Positions 26,677-39,680 of a DNA stretch of 64,000 nucleotides are shown piece by piece. The DNA is from Octopus sinensis (lineage: Eukaryota). The number at the start of each line of letters is the position of its first letter. The stretch's first letter is position 1. The stretch covers positions 11,842,001 through 11,906,000 of the forward strand of contig NC_043007.1 in the NCBI RefSeq assembly GCF_006345805.1, read 5' to 3'. Position numbers and translations under genes: made by a program. The notes beneath the pieces were generated by a model. That model was not told the DNA's origin and did no database searches. It saw only the letters and a program-made list of their open reading frames with translations.

Positions 26677-27110
26677 AGGAGTGGCTGTGTGGTATGTAGC
26701 TTGCTTACCGACCACATGGTTCCGGGCTCAGTCCCACTGCATGGCACCTTGGGAAAGTGTCTTCTACTATAGCCTCGGGCCGACCAAACCCTTGTGAGTG
26801 GATTTTGTAGACGGAAACTGAAAGAAGCCCGTCTTATATATGTATATAATATATATATATATATTATATAATATATATATATATATATAATATATATATA
26901 TATAACGCGTGTGTGTGTTTGTCCCCCTAGCATTGCTTGACAACCGATGCTGGTGTGTTTATGTCCCCGTCACTTAGCATTTCGGCAAAAGAGATCGATA
27001 GAATAAGTACTGGGCTTACAAAGAATAAGTCCCGGGGTCGATTTGCTCGACTAAAGGTGATGCTCCAGCAAGGCCGCAGTCAAATGACTGAAACAAGTAA
27101 AAGTAAGTAA
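26677..27110 (+). mobile_element. tRNA-derived SINE family A
   Basis: Homology to other family A copies; internal TA microsatellite. Confidence 0.8.
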
Positions 27111-27404
27111 TAGAGACCAGAACTAAAACCCAGCCCACAAGAAGCACAACTAGGGGCAGGTGTAGGTGTCATCATCATCATTGTCTAATGTCTGCCTTGC
27201 ATACTGACAGGGGTTGGACGGTTAGACACGGAGCTGACTAACAGAGAGCTGTCCAGGCCCCAACTGTCTGCTGTAGCAGGGTTTCTACGGCTGGGTGGCC
27301 TTCCTAATGCCAGCTACTTAACAGAGTGTACTGGGTGCTTTTTACATGAGGAATATGTTGAGTGGGATGAGAATTTAATGGCGCTTGTTCCTTGCTCACA
27401 GCTC

Positions 27405-27650
27405 TCCATCCATATTGATGATGACATTGTCCTCTAGGGGTTTTATTGTACATTTTGTGAGTTGATAGATGTGTAAACAGTCCAATCCTGGAATGGCATG
27501 TCTTTGAACATAGATGACAAAGGAAGTTGCCCGTTATGTTGTTGGTGAGTCTGAGATGACTTTGACATCTCATTTCTTCAAGTTCCTCATGTCGGATTAG
27601 TTCAGTGTGCAGCTTCTTTGTGACAAAGGGAGCACCATGTCTTCCAGTTC
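27405..27650 (-). mobile_element. RTE-clade LINE 3' end fragment
   Basis: Encodes FLCHLCSKTCHSRIGLFTHLSTH, the C-terminal C2H2-like motif (C..C.R...SRIGL.SH) of RTE ORFs. Confidence 0.6.
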
Positions 27651-29351
27651 TGATGGAACTTGTACAGTCAAAGAGAAAATATTCATGAGAGGTGAAAATC
27701 TTGATGCCCCAACCCACTCTTGTAGGTTCGTTACTAGCACTAATTAAGTAGTTATAGTTTGTTTTGGATGGTTTAAAAGAAAAAAAATTAGTATACAGGA
27801 TTTTCCAGAGGGATGATCTTATGAGGAAGGATTGGATGGAAGTATATCCAGATACATATATGAACACTAAAGCCTAAATAGAGAGTAGAGAAACACATTT
27901 TCTAATACAGACAAGAAATAAGACAGAAAATACAGATGAACATTTAGATAAAGCAGTACATTGCTTGCCACTGGCTCTCAAGACTAGAGTTGAACGGAAT
28001 TGTTGTTGGAAATATAGTTGTGAGGTCATTGCAGAAACATTCCTATACACACATTCACATACATGCATACACAGACACACAGTTGTATATATATATACAC
28101 GCACAATGTACTGGAGTAGCAGGGGATTAGAAAAATAAGTCCTTACACTACTAAATCCTGCTATCTATGAATAAATTCCATCCAACACAGTATTATATTT
28201 GACTGTTGGTATTTGAGTCTATGAACCAAAGTAAATCCCAGAACTTTATTATCGATCTGTAGTCATTGCTAAGTGACTAGTTAGCTGTATTATTCCTTAC
28301 ATTCACATATATAACTGATAAAAATCATGTGTAGATAAATGTTAAAGATGGAGGGACATTTTCAGCGCTATACATTGATAGTTTGAGTGCATTGTGTTAC
28401 TCTTTCCCTGCAGGACACAATTTTGTTTGATAAATGTTGTTACATTTGCTGTTAGCTTTGATTTTCTTTTAATCAATACGGAAAAAGGAGAAAACGAAAA
28501 GAAAAAGAAAGAAAACAAAACATTGTTTTACTATATTAGTTCATAGTTAGATTCTCTGAATAATTCTTTATTTATCAATTTTAGAGAAAGCTGATTGCAC
28601 GGCTCTTAACTTATTTTGTTCATCTAATCTCTCAAACTATACATTTCCTATATTAATTGTAACACTCATATCTGACAGTTCCATTTCTATTTTCATTTAC
28701 CAACCTTCAGTAAATACCAGCCCTCCCAACTGTACAGCTTCCTAGATATTCTTTCCGATATTTCTGATATATTCCATCCCTTAGCTATCATTGCACTGAC
28801 AACTATCGTTTATTTAGTCCATTTTCTTAAGGATATAAAAATATAAATCATTGAATATATCATCTGATGGTGACTGGGTATAAGCTCACCGATATTAATA
28901 ACTCCTCTTCATAAATCTAATCCTTTTCTCCAATATTTACAAAGGCTGCAGGTCGTAAAGTAAAGATTCATTTTGCTGTTTAGCCAATTCTTTCTTCATT
29001 ATTAGATAACTGGATTCCTTTCCGTATGGTGCGTCATCCCCTACTTAATGGCTATAGTTAAACCCCTTGAGTAAAACTAAACCATTTAAATTACTAGTAA
29101 TGTCAAAATTATTTTTATAGTGATTTTTTTTTTTTATGCCTATAAGACTAAAATATGTTCGTGATGACTCAGAATATCAGAATGGTGTCCCCGCATAATT
29201 TTCTTCCAATCTTCATGAGCAATAATTGTTGAGTCTGTTTTGGAATTTGGTTGATTCTCTGCAGTTGAAATTGTTTGTGTTGCATGATAGAAAGAGAAAA
29301 CGTTTGTGACTTTTTTTTTTTTTTTTTTTTCTTTTTTGTTCTTTTTTTTTT

Positions 29352-29748
29352 CTTTTTACTTGTTTCAGTCATTTGACTGCGGCCATGCTGGAGCACCGCC
29401 TTTTAGTCGAGCAAATCGACCCCGGGACTTATTCTTTGTAAGCCCAGTACTTATTCTATCGGTCTGTTTTGCCGAACCGCTAAGTGACGGGGACGTAAAG
29501 ACACCAGCATCGGTTGTCAAGCAATGCTAGGGGAACAAACACAGACACACAAACATATTCACACACACTTATATATATATACATATATACGACAGGCTTC
29601 TTTCAGTTTCCGTCTACCAAATCCACTCACAAGGCATTGGTCGGCCCGGGGCTATAGCAGAAGACACTTGCCCAAGATGCCACGCAGTGGGACTGAACCC
29701 GGAACCATGTGGTTGGTAAACAAGCTACTTACCACACAGCCACTCCTG
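29352..29748 (-). mobile_element. tRNA-derived SINE family A (low divergence, CpG-rich)
   Basis: Reverse complement of family A, with a T-rich tail at its left end. Confidence 0.85.
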
Positions 29749-29847
29749 CGACTTCAAAATTTTTGCAGCACTTTTCAAATAAAATATATACAAATGTCCT
29801 GTTGAATACTATGCTTAATAACTTTTTCATTAAAATAATCATTATTG

Positions 29848-29879
<32 letters not shown>

Positions 29880-30116
29880 GTGGTGGGGAGATGGCAGAAT
29901 TATTAGCACACCCAGCAAAATATTTAGTGGCATTTCATCTGTCTCCATGCTCTGAGTTCAAATTCTGCAAAGGCTGACTTTGCTTTTCATCCATTGATAA
30001 AATAAATACCAGTTGAACACTGGGGTCGATTTAATTGATTTACCTTACCCCCTTTCCCAAAGTTGCTGCCCTTGTGGCAAAATTTGAAACCATTGTTATT
30101 ATTATTATTATTATCA

Positions 30117-30676
30117 TTGAGTGAGAGAGCAGTGCATGCCATCAAAGTGACACTGGGGTAAAATATACAAAGGCCAGTATACCCATCATGACTACCTATC
30201 TGATAAGGGTACACCAGGCACATGCATCACAACCATATGTGCACGACATGGTGATCTCATATCAAGATAAACAGAGCATGACCTTGCAGGTGGAGCCCAG
30301 TTAGAATTTTCTTCTGGTCAAGTAACCCATCCTGCTCAAAAGGTCCCTGAATAAGGATTGTTTAAGGATGTTAAATGAACTACCCATGCTTCCAGAGGTG
30401 AATTATTCAAACCCCAAAGAATTCCTTTCAATACACGGCTATGATGCTCCCCTACTACTTCTGCATGTAATCAGAGATGCACATATCGTCAGCCACCAAG
30501 GGACATACTCAACTGGTTATGGTCAAACAACTGACAAGCAAATATGTGGTATTTAGCAGAATATTTGCTGTAGCAAATTTTTTATACCAAGACAAAACAA
30601 TGTACATGATAACACTTCCAATCAGTTAAGATCAGAAGCCATGAGAGCCACTGCTTGGTACTGCATCAGGGCATTT
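30117..30676. mobile_element. ~560-bp non-coding repeat inserted in (TTA)n; second copy at 59505-60060
   Basis: Both copies run from gagagcag..catgccatcaaagtgacactggggtaaaatatac to ggtactgcatcagggcattt and are flanked by TTA repeats. Confidence 0.75.
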
Positions 30677-33115
30677 TATTATTATCATTATTATTATTAT
30701 TATTATCATTATTATTATTATTATTATTATTAGTAGTAGTAGTAGTAGTATAGTAGTAGTAGTAGTAGTAGTAGTATAGTAGTAGTATGTTAGGCAGCAA
30801 GCTGACAGAATTGTTAGCATTCTAGGTAAAACGCAAAGTTCAAATTCCACTGGGGTCAACTTTGCCTTTCATTCCTTCAGGCTCCATAAAATAAGTACCA
30901 GTTGAACACTGGAGTTAATGTAATCAACTTATCTCCTCAAAACTGCTTGCCTTGTGCTAGAATTTGAAACCATTATTGTTGTTGTGATTTTTTTTTTTTT
31001 TTTACTACAGTACATGTCTTGAAATGATTATTATTAAAGAAATCAATATTTCATAGATATGTATATCTTTTGTTTGGCATTGAATACAGATTGAGTATCT
31101 TAAGTATAGTCTCAGATGGAAGATTCTTCAGTGTTGCAATCATGGTTCAATTTATTCCTGCAGACTATTCCTCACAAAAATGTAATTACTTCAAATGTTT
31201 GCATGAACATGGTAAATTAATCTTAGGTTAGGAAAAGTTGCCACAGGAAAAGATTTGGAATTAAATACACAACATTAAAACTTGGTTCCAGTTTTGTCTA
31301 TTTCTTTAACTTGGCCTTTTTTCTTTTTTTTTTTTTTTGCTTTTTTTATTGGCTTTTTTTATGAAAGCCTGTTCCATTGCTGTTCTCAGCTTAAGTAATA
31401 TATTTTGTCGAAGAAACTTGTCTTAACTATTAATATGTAAGTATCTAGTTTGAAACACCTTAGTCATGCTAACATGAAAAAAAAAAATGTTCATAAAACA
31501 GAAAAAAAAAAAAGAAAAAGTAACTTTCTCCTTAAATCTTATAGAATTCTCAGAGCAGTCCAAATCATTGTGAATGTATGTGTATGCGTGTGTAGTGGGA
31601 GAATTGACATAAGTAAAAAAAAAAATGGTAAAAGAATATTTAGAAGGAATTGATAAATGCTGAAATGGCTGTAACAAGCATTTCTTACTTTCAACAGCTA
31701 TTTCATGAATTTTATGCCACTGTTTCAAAATACAAAAAAGACAGAAAAAAAGAAACATAATTACATCGCTTAGTTAAATAAATTGACCTATACTTTCTTG
31801 ATTTTTTTTTTTTTTTTTTTGCCCCCTCGACAATTCTTTTTTTTATTCTTCTTTTTTTGCATTTGTACTATTGTCTAGTTTTGGACTTCGGGCTTCCAAT
31901 TCATAATTCATTTATGCAGTTGTTGCTTCTTTTACTTTACATATTGTCTGGTTCTTTACTTGATGACTTCCAGACTCAGTCACTACATTTGCCATTTTAT
32001 TTTTTTTCATACACAAAGAACCATAATTTACTCATGCAGCATGAAGTTCTTTCCATCAGATTGCAATTAATTGCAGCAATTTATCCATTCAGCATTTCAT
32101 TGATCCATTTTTTTCTACCCCCTATTTCTGAGAGGGTTGTGTAGGAACATCCTCCATAGGGTCCTATCAGAAGTAACTTAGCAGAAGACCTAGAGATAGA
32201 TGCAAAAAAAAAGGTGATTGGATAATATCCATAGTCTTGGTTGGTCATGCTTAGAAATCCAACAGTAACAGTCTATCAGCAACAGTCTACCGAGGCAGAT
32301 GTCTACCTGGTGTTTTAACAAAATACAGATATATATATATATCATCATCATCATCATTTAACATCTGCTTTCCATGCTAGCATGGGTTAGATGATTTGAC
32401 TGAGGACTGGCGAGCCAGATGGCTGCACCAGGCTCCAGTCTGATCTGGCAGAGTTTCTACATTTGGATACCCTTCCTAATGCCAACCACTCTTGAGAGTG
32501 TAGTGGGTGCTTTTACGTGTCATCTGCACGAGGGCCAGTCTGGTGGTTCTGGCAACTGCCACGCTCGAAATGGTGTTTTTTATGTGCCACCTGCACAGGA
32601 GTTAGTTCAGTGGCACTGGCAACGATCTTGCTCAAATGTTTTGTTCACCAGCACAAGTGCCAGTAAGGCGACATATATATATATATATATATACATACAT
32701 ACATACATATCTGTTTCTTTCTCTCTCTCTCTCTCTCTCTCATTCACTCACTCACTCACTTTAATCTTTCATCCTCTGACACAAGGTCACCTCCTCCCAT
32801 GCTCCCACCTCTCTCAAAGACTTTGTCTTGCAAAGTCACTTGGTAACCCCCGCCAGTGCAAGTGCCACTTAAAAACCACCCAGTCCCCACTGTAAAGTGG
32901 TTGGCATTTGGAATGGCATCCAGCTGTAAAAACCGCGTGAAACCAGACACAGAAGCATGGCACAGGCACCTTGATAATTTATCTTCAAGCTTAACTGTCA
33001 CTCATAAGTGAGTGTGATCTGAGTGTTTGTAACTAGCTTTTGTTAGTTGTTTTGGATGCCTGTGTAGTCATGAGCAGAGATAAACATCCTTTGGGAATCC
33101 AACAGTAACAGTCTA

Positions 33116-33979
33116 CCAAGGCTGGCGAAAACGTTAGCACGCCAGGCGAAATGCTTAGCAGTATTTCGTCTGCCGTTACGTTCTGAGCTCAAATTCTGCC
33201 GGGATCGACTTTGCCTTTCATACTTTCGGAGTCGATAAATTAAGTACTAGTTATGTACTGGGGTCGATGTAATCGACTTAATCCCTTTGTCTGTCCTTGT
33301 TTTTTCCCTCTGTTTAGCCTCTTGTGGGCAATGAAGAAATAAGAAGCGTTAGCACGCCGGGTGAAATGCTTAGTGGTATTTCGTCTGCTGTTACGTTCTG
33401 AGCTCAAATTCCACTGAGATCGACTTTGCCTGTCATCCATTCGGGGTTGATAAATTAAGTACCAGTTACGCACTGGGGTCGATATAATCGACTTAATCCC
33501 TTTATCTGTCCTTGTCTGTCCCATCTATGTTTAGCCCCTTGTGGACAATAAAGAAATAACAAATGTTATCATGCCGGGCAAAATGCTTAGCCGTTACGTT
33601 CTGAGTTCTAATTCCACCGAGGTCGACGTTGCCTTTCATCCTTTCGGGGTCGATAAATTAAGTACCAGTTACACACTGGGGTCGATATAATCAACTTAAT
33701 CCCTTTGTCTGTCCTTGTTTGTCCCCTCTATGTTTAGCCCCTTGTGGGCAATAAAGAAATAAGAAACGCTAGCACACCGGGTGAAATGGTTAGTGGTATT
33801 TTGTCTGCCGCTACGTTCTGAGTTCAAAATTCCGCCAAGATCGACTTTGCCTTTCATCCTTTCGAGGTCGATTAAATAAGTACCAGTTATGCACTGGGGT
33901 TGATGTAATCGACTTAATCCCTTTATCTGTCCTTGTCTGTCCCCTCTATGTTTAGCCCCTTGCGGGCAATAAAGAAATA
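33116..33979 (+). mobile_element. tetrameric family B SINE with a single 12-bp TSD
   Basis: Four tandem ~210-bp units; AGTAACAGTCTA at 33104-33115 and 33980-33991. Confidence 0.8.
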
Positions 33980-34092
33980 AGTAACAGTCTATTGGTATTC
34001 ATAATTATTCATCTACCCAGTTATGTAAACATTTCTCTGTAGATTTCTGCTGAAACTTGTTTTCTAATTCCCTGAAATGGCTTCTTTTTCAG

Positions 34093-34265
34093 TGTATGGA
34101 GAAATTGAAGAAAATACAAGTGATAACTGCATGCAAGAATTAATTGGTTCCAGTGAGCATCCTCGATGTTCTATCAGCAACAAATGTGCCCAGATAATGA
34201 CCTGTCGAGGTTTGATGGAATATTCCATAACTCACCAGTTATTGTGGTTGATGCTAGCTGAACAG
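34093..34265 (+). CDS. C16orf89: UPF0764/C16orf89-like protein, internal exon (phase 1-0)
   Basis: ctttttcAG acceptor and GTaaca donor; (L)YGEIEENTSDNCMQELIG...CSISNKCAQIMTCRGLMEYSITHQLLWLMLAEQ fits the family motifs SD.C...L.G, C..S..C...MT and Y...HQLL. Confidence 0.9.
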
Positions 34266-34350
34266 GTAACAAAAATCTTTCTACTAAACTATTAGAAATG
34301 CATTGTTCAGATGTATGCCATATGGTTCTAAAGCAAACTTTTAAAATATA

Positions 34351-34400
<50 letters not shown>

Positions 34401-34503
34401 AGGTTCAGCAAAAGTTTAGATTCAAATGAATATGGTACTTAATTTAGATGCACCAGAATTCTGTATGGTGTTATCCATAAAAATCCTTGGGGTGATTATA
34501 ATA

Positions 34504-34866
34504 AAAATAAGCAACAAGAATGACTCCGGTAATTTGGTACGATCGTTTCATACTACATCATTTTATTAAATATTGTAAGTATTACTCTTACAGTAGTCTG
34601 TAACAACTGAATCTTAGTCAGTCAGTTGATGGGCTCTACTACCTCAAATGTTCTTAAAATTTAAATCCACATCTTTGTCTATATATCTACCTTCTCTATA
34701 ATGTTGCCACTTGATATGAAAATTTTTGTATTAATGGAAAACCTCTATAATTGGCTGATGAGTGCTCAGCATTTTAAAACTGTTGTAATACTTACAATAT
34801 TTAATAAAATGATGTTGTACGAAACGATCGTACCAAATTACCGGAGTCATTCTTGTTGCTTATTTT
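34504..34866 (+). mobile_element. Penelope-like pLTR remnant with 82-bp inverted repeat
   Basis: Arms 34504-34585 and 34785-34866 are reverse complements (2 mismatches seen); contains a hammerhead; lies between TA tracts. Confidence 0.7.
34751..34836 (+). ncRNA. type I hammerhead ribozyme motif (canonical core)
   Basis: TTGG-CTGATGA-GTGC...GTAC-GAAA-CGATCG-TA-CCAA: stem I TTGG/CCAA, stem II GTGC/GTAC plus CATTTTA/TAAAATG, palindromic ACGATCGT stem III, GUA triplet (cleavage predicted after 34832). Confidence 0.75.
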
Positions 34867-35989
34867 GAATATATATATCTCACTTTAATCTTTCATCATC
34901 TGACACAAGGTCACCTCCTCCCATGCTCCCACCTCTCTCAAAGACTTTGTCTTGTAAAGTCACTTGGTGACTCCGCCAGTGCAGATGCCACTTAAAAAGC
35001 GCTCAGTCCACACTGTAAAGTGGTTGGCATTTGGAAGGGCATCCAGCTGTAAAAACCATTCCAAAACAGACACAGAAGCATGGCACGGGCTCTTTGATAA
35101 TTTCTCTTAAGCTTAGCTGTTACTCATAAGTGAGTATGATCTGATTGTTTGTACCCAGCTTTTGTTAATTGTTTTGGATGCCTGTGTGTCATGAGCAGAG
35201 GTAGACATCCTCTTGATCTTCCTGTGGCCTAATGTGGAGGTGCATGGCTTAGTAGTTAGGGTGTTGGACTTATGATTGTAAAATTGTGGTTCGATTCCTG
35301 GACTGGGCAACACATTGTGTTCTTGAGCAGAACACTTCATTTCACTTTGCTCCAGTCCACTTGGCTGACAAAAGTGAGTAAACGTGTGACAGACTGGCAT
35401 CCCATCCAGGTGGGGAATTTATATGTCATGACCCCAGGAAGCTGACCCTTGTGAGTAGATAACTTTACTTTACCTTAGCCTAATAGAACAGTGAGAATGT
35501 GACAGCTGGAAAGAGAAAGGGTCACATCAGTACTCAGTTGGTACTCATCTTTAGCAGTGAAATGAAGTGTCTTGCTCAAGGATGCATATTCTGCCTGGTA
35601 CAGAAATTGAACCTATGGCCTCAGGTCTGTAAGCCAACACCCTAACCACTAGGCTATGTGCCTTCACATTTGCTAATTTAAACAGTTCTATATAAAACAG
35701 GAAGTAAACCAACCAGTGATGAATAGGTTAAAGGAAAAATATTGATGATGTCAAAGTTGTTGTTGTTATTGTGTAGCCTCAGCAGACTTATGATCAAAAG
35801 CATTCCACTTGTGACCATCCTTTCAAGTAAATATGTTATATCTAGGACTACAGAATTCATTGTGCCCTTCATGTTTCAAATTAGGTATGATTTGGGAGAG
35901 ATTTGACTGCTATTTTTTGAAAGCTGAGTAAGCAGGCTGTCATTTCAAAAGTTCCTGTAAGCAACAATTTATATTATACTTTTGTTAAA

Positions 35990-36950
35990 TATTTTGTCAT
36001 TTGAGGGAGAGTTGATTGCTATTTCTTGAAGATTGAGTCAACACATAGAGGCTCCCTTATTGGTTTGTCTAAGTTGAGATGCTAAACTGCTAGGCTGTGG
36101 TTTCAAATGTTCCTGTCATTCTTGTTAGCATTGATTTGACACGTAAAAAGCACCGTCCGAACGTGGCAGATACTAGCGTCGCCTGACTGACGTCCGTGTT
36201 GATGACACGTAAAAGCACCAACTGATCGTGGCCGTTTGCCAGACTGCTCTGGCCCCTGTGCCAGTGACACATAAAAAACACCGACTACACTCACAGAGTG
36301 GTTGGCACTAGGAAGGGCATCCAGCTGTAGAAACACTGCCAAATCAGACTAGAGCCTGGTGCAGCCTCCATGGCTTACCAGACCCTGGTCGAACTGTTCA
36401 ACCCATGCTAGCATGGAAAACAGACGTTAAATGATGATGATGATGATGATTCATTGATATATTTTGTTCTGATTTGAGGGAGAGTTGACTGCTATTTCTT
36501 GAAGATTGAGTCAACACATAGAGGCTCCCTTATTGGTTTGTCTAAGTTAAGATGCTAAACTGCTAGGCTGTGGTTTCAAATGTTCCTGTTATTCCTGCTA
36601 GCATTGATCTATTCTGTACATTCATTGATACATTTTGTTCTGATTTGAGGGAGAGTTGATTGCTATTTCTTGAAGATTGAGTCAACACATAGAGGCTCCC
36701 TTATTGGTTTGTCTAAGTTAAGATGCTAAACTGCTAGGCTGTGGTTGCAAATGTTCCTGTTATTCCTGCTAGCATTGATCTATTCTGTACATTCATTGAT
36801 ACATTTCTTGAAGATTGCTATTTCTTGAAGATTGAACCAACATATAGTGACTCCTTCATTGGTTTAACTAATCTAAATTAAGGTGTTAAACTGCTACTTT
36901 GGTTTCAAATGTTCTCGTAAGCAGTGATTTATACTTTCATTAAGATATAT
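35990..36950. repeat. ~171-bp tandem repeat (3-4 copies), first copy interrupted by a family C SINE
   Basis: atttgagggagagttgattgctatttcttgaagattgagtcaacacatagagg recurs at ~36000, 36472 and 36643; partial copy at ~36815. Confidence 0.85.
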
Positions 36951-37434
36951 TTTGTTGCTGCCATCATTATATTCACCAACCAGGCATCACTGTTGCTTCA
37001 CAGTTCAATAGGTAGCAGTACAGTGTAAAACAATATATTTGCTAAACTAGTCAACCTCGGCTTATTATCAATTTTCCTTGATAATACAAGAAAAACTAAC
37101 TTTCCAAGACATTTGACAAGAAACAATGGAATTTAAAATTGATATTTTCTACAGCAGTTAGGAAAACAAGAAATCAAGAGAGAGAAAAAAAAAGTGAAAA
37201 ACAGAAAAGATCGAAACAAGTAAACAAGCAAACGATATTTTAGATAAATGTCAAATGTATTTAGATCATAAATGATAATATTGATATATATTCTAAATGT
37301 TAACAAGGAGTATTACTGACGTATCGATAAATAGGGACGTAGCAGCAATTTAGCACTGTTCAGTATCAGCCACACGTATCATAGTTTCATTATCATCATC
37401 ATTTTAACATCCACTTTTCCATGCTTGCATACTC

Positions 37435-37826
37435 TCTTTTTACTCTTTTACTTGGTTCAGTCATTTGACTGCAGCCATGCTGGAGCACCGCCTTTAGTCG
37501 AACAAATCGACCCCAGGACTTATTCTTTGGAAGCCTAGTACTTATTTTATCGGTCTCTTTTGCCGAACCGCTAAGTTACAGGGACATAAACACACCAGCA
37601 TCGGTTGTTAAGCGATGTTGGTGGGACAAACAGACACACAAACATATACACACACATACATTTATACGATGAGCTTCTTTCAGTTTCTGTCTACCAAATC
37701 CACTCACAAGGCTTTGGTCTGCCCGAGGCTATAGTAGAAGACACTTGCCCAAGGTGCCACGCACTGGGAATGAACCCAGAACCATGTGGTTCGTAAGCAA
37801 GCTACTTACCACACAGCCACTCCTGC
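37435..37826 (-). mobile_element. tRNA-derived SINE family A
   Basis: Reverse-complement homology to family A. Confidence 0.8.
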
Positions 37827-38124
37827 ATGGGTTAGACGGACTTTGTTGCAGGGAATTTTCTACAACTGGATGTTTTTTTTGTGTCCTGACATCCATGGCA
37901 ACATGTCTGTCTATACATATATATGGGGAAATATTACCTTGCTTGGAAACAGGTGATGGTTGATGACAGGAAGGGTAGCTGGCCATACAAAAAAATTCCA
38001 CTTTAGCAAATATCGTCTAACCCATGCAGGCACAGAAAAGTGGACGTTAAAAATGGTGTCAATGATGATAATGAAAACAACTATCACTACATGCAATCAC
38101 TACCGTATAGCAGCTACCTCCATA

Positions 38125-38545
38125 CCTATTTCTTTACTACCCACAAGGGGCTAAACACAGAGAGGACAAACAAGGACAGGCAAACGGATTAAGTCAATTA
38201 TATCGACCCCAGTGCGTAACTGGTACTTATTTAAGTGACCCCGAAAGGATGAAAGGCAAAGTCGACCTCAGTGGAATTTGAACTCGGAACGTAGTGGCAG
38301 ACGAAATACCTATTTCTTTATTACCCACAAGGGGCTAAACACAGAGGGGACAAACAAGGTCAGACATAGGTATTAAGTCGATTACATCGACCCCAGTGCG
38401 TAACTGGTACTTAATTTATCGACCCCGAAAGGATGAAAGGCAAAGTTGACCTCGGCAGAATTTGAACTCACAACATAACGCAGACGAAATACCGTGAAGC
38501 ATTTCGCCCGGCATGCTAACATTTCTGCCAGCTCACGCCGCCTTA
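38125..38545 (-). mobile_element. dimeric family B SINE
   Basis: Two tandem reverse-oriented units. Confidence 0.8.
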
Positions 38546-39174
38546 TCTGTTTCATATTCTTTATTTCTCCTGTTTATGGTTTTTGTTTTGGGGAAAAAAA
38601 AAGTTCTAGCGAAAAGTTTTAAAATTAATTATTTTATAAAATTTTATATAAGTAAATTTTTATTATAATCATTCGAACTCGTCCAACATTTTGTATCTGT
38701 CTGTCTTGTAATTTACCCATTCTATGTTGCGATACGTAGTAGTGATCTTAATAAAGATTTCGCCATATCTATTCACAACCATCACACCATACAAGTTGCT
38801 GCCATAAGAACAACACTACCACCACCACCCCACCACCACCACATACAATTTCTACTGTAATAGCACTGTCACATCATATAAACCGACACCCCCTCCCCAT
38901 CACATTACTAGTACAGCAAACAAATTACAAGTACTGAATTTCTAAATGGAAGTTTGTATTGTAAATACAAGTGATGTTTGTGTGAAAAATAATTCAGTGA
39001 ATAAAATCTGAAGTAGATAACTGTAGCTAACATATTTATTGAAGTTAAGTAAATGGACGTGTGAATAGGGCCTTTCTTCAACAAATCACCATACAATATT
39101 GCTGCAGTGATGAGTTAGAAGAGTCTGGACTACGTCAAAGTCTTTTGTTAACGTATTTGGTCTTCTTCACCTTT

Positions 39175-39680
39175 CTGCCTACTTTACCATCTACACCTCT
39201 GCCATTCTCCTTGCTTTACCATCCACACCTTCTGCCATTCTTCTTGCTTTACCATCTACACCTTCTACCATTCTTCTTGCTTTACCATCCACACCTTCAC
39301 CATTCTTCTTGCTTTACCATCTACACCTCTGCCATTCTTCTTGCTTTACCATCCACACCTTCACCATTCTTCTTGCTTTACCATCTACACCTCTGCCATT
39401 CTCCTTGCTTTACCATCCACACCTTCTGCCATTCTTCTTGCTTTACCATCTACACCTTCTACCATTCTTCTTGCTTTACCATCCACACCTTCACCATTCT
39501 TCTTGCTTTACCATCTACACCTCTGCCATTCTCCTTGCTTTACCATCTACACCTTCACCATTCTCCTTGCTTTACCATCTACACCTCTGCCATTCTCCTT
39601 GCTTTACCATCTACACCTTCACCATTCTCCTTGCTTTACCATCCATACCTTCCACCATTCTTCCTGCTTTACCATCATCT
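39175..39680. repeat. minisatellite, ~30-36 bp unit ctttaccatcYacacct(tc)(tg/a)ccattctYcttg, about 15 copies
   Basis: Direct inspection; explains three overlapping repetitive ORFs. Confidence 0.9.

Noticed and set aside
27304-27867. 187-aa ORF with a C2H2-like motif as a host zinc-finger gene
   Set aside because: The single motif matches the RTE LINE C-terminus (SRIGL..H); the rest is read-through into unrelated repeats.
28560-29100. Possible very old L2/CR1 3' remnant
   Set aside because: Too degenerate to support from the sequence alone.
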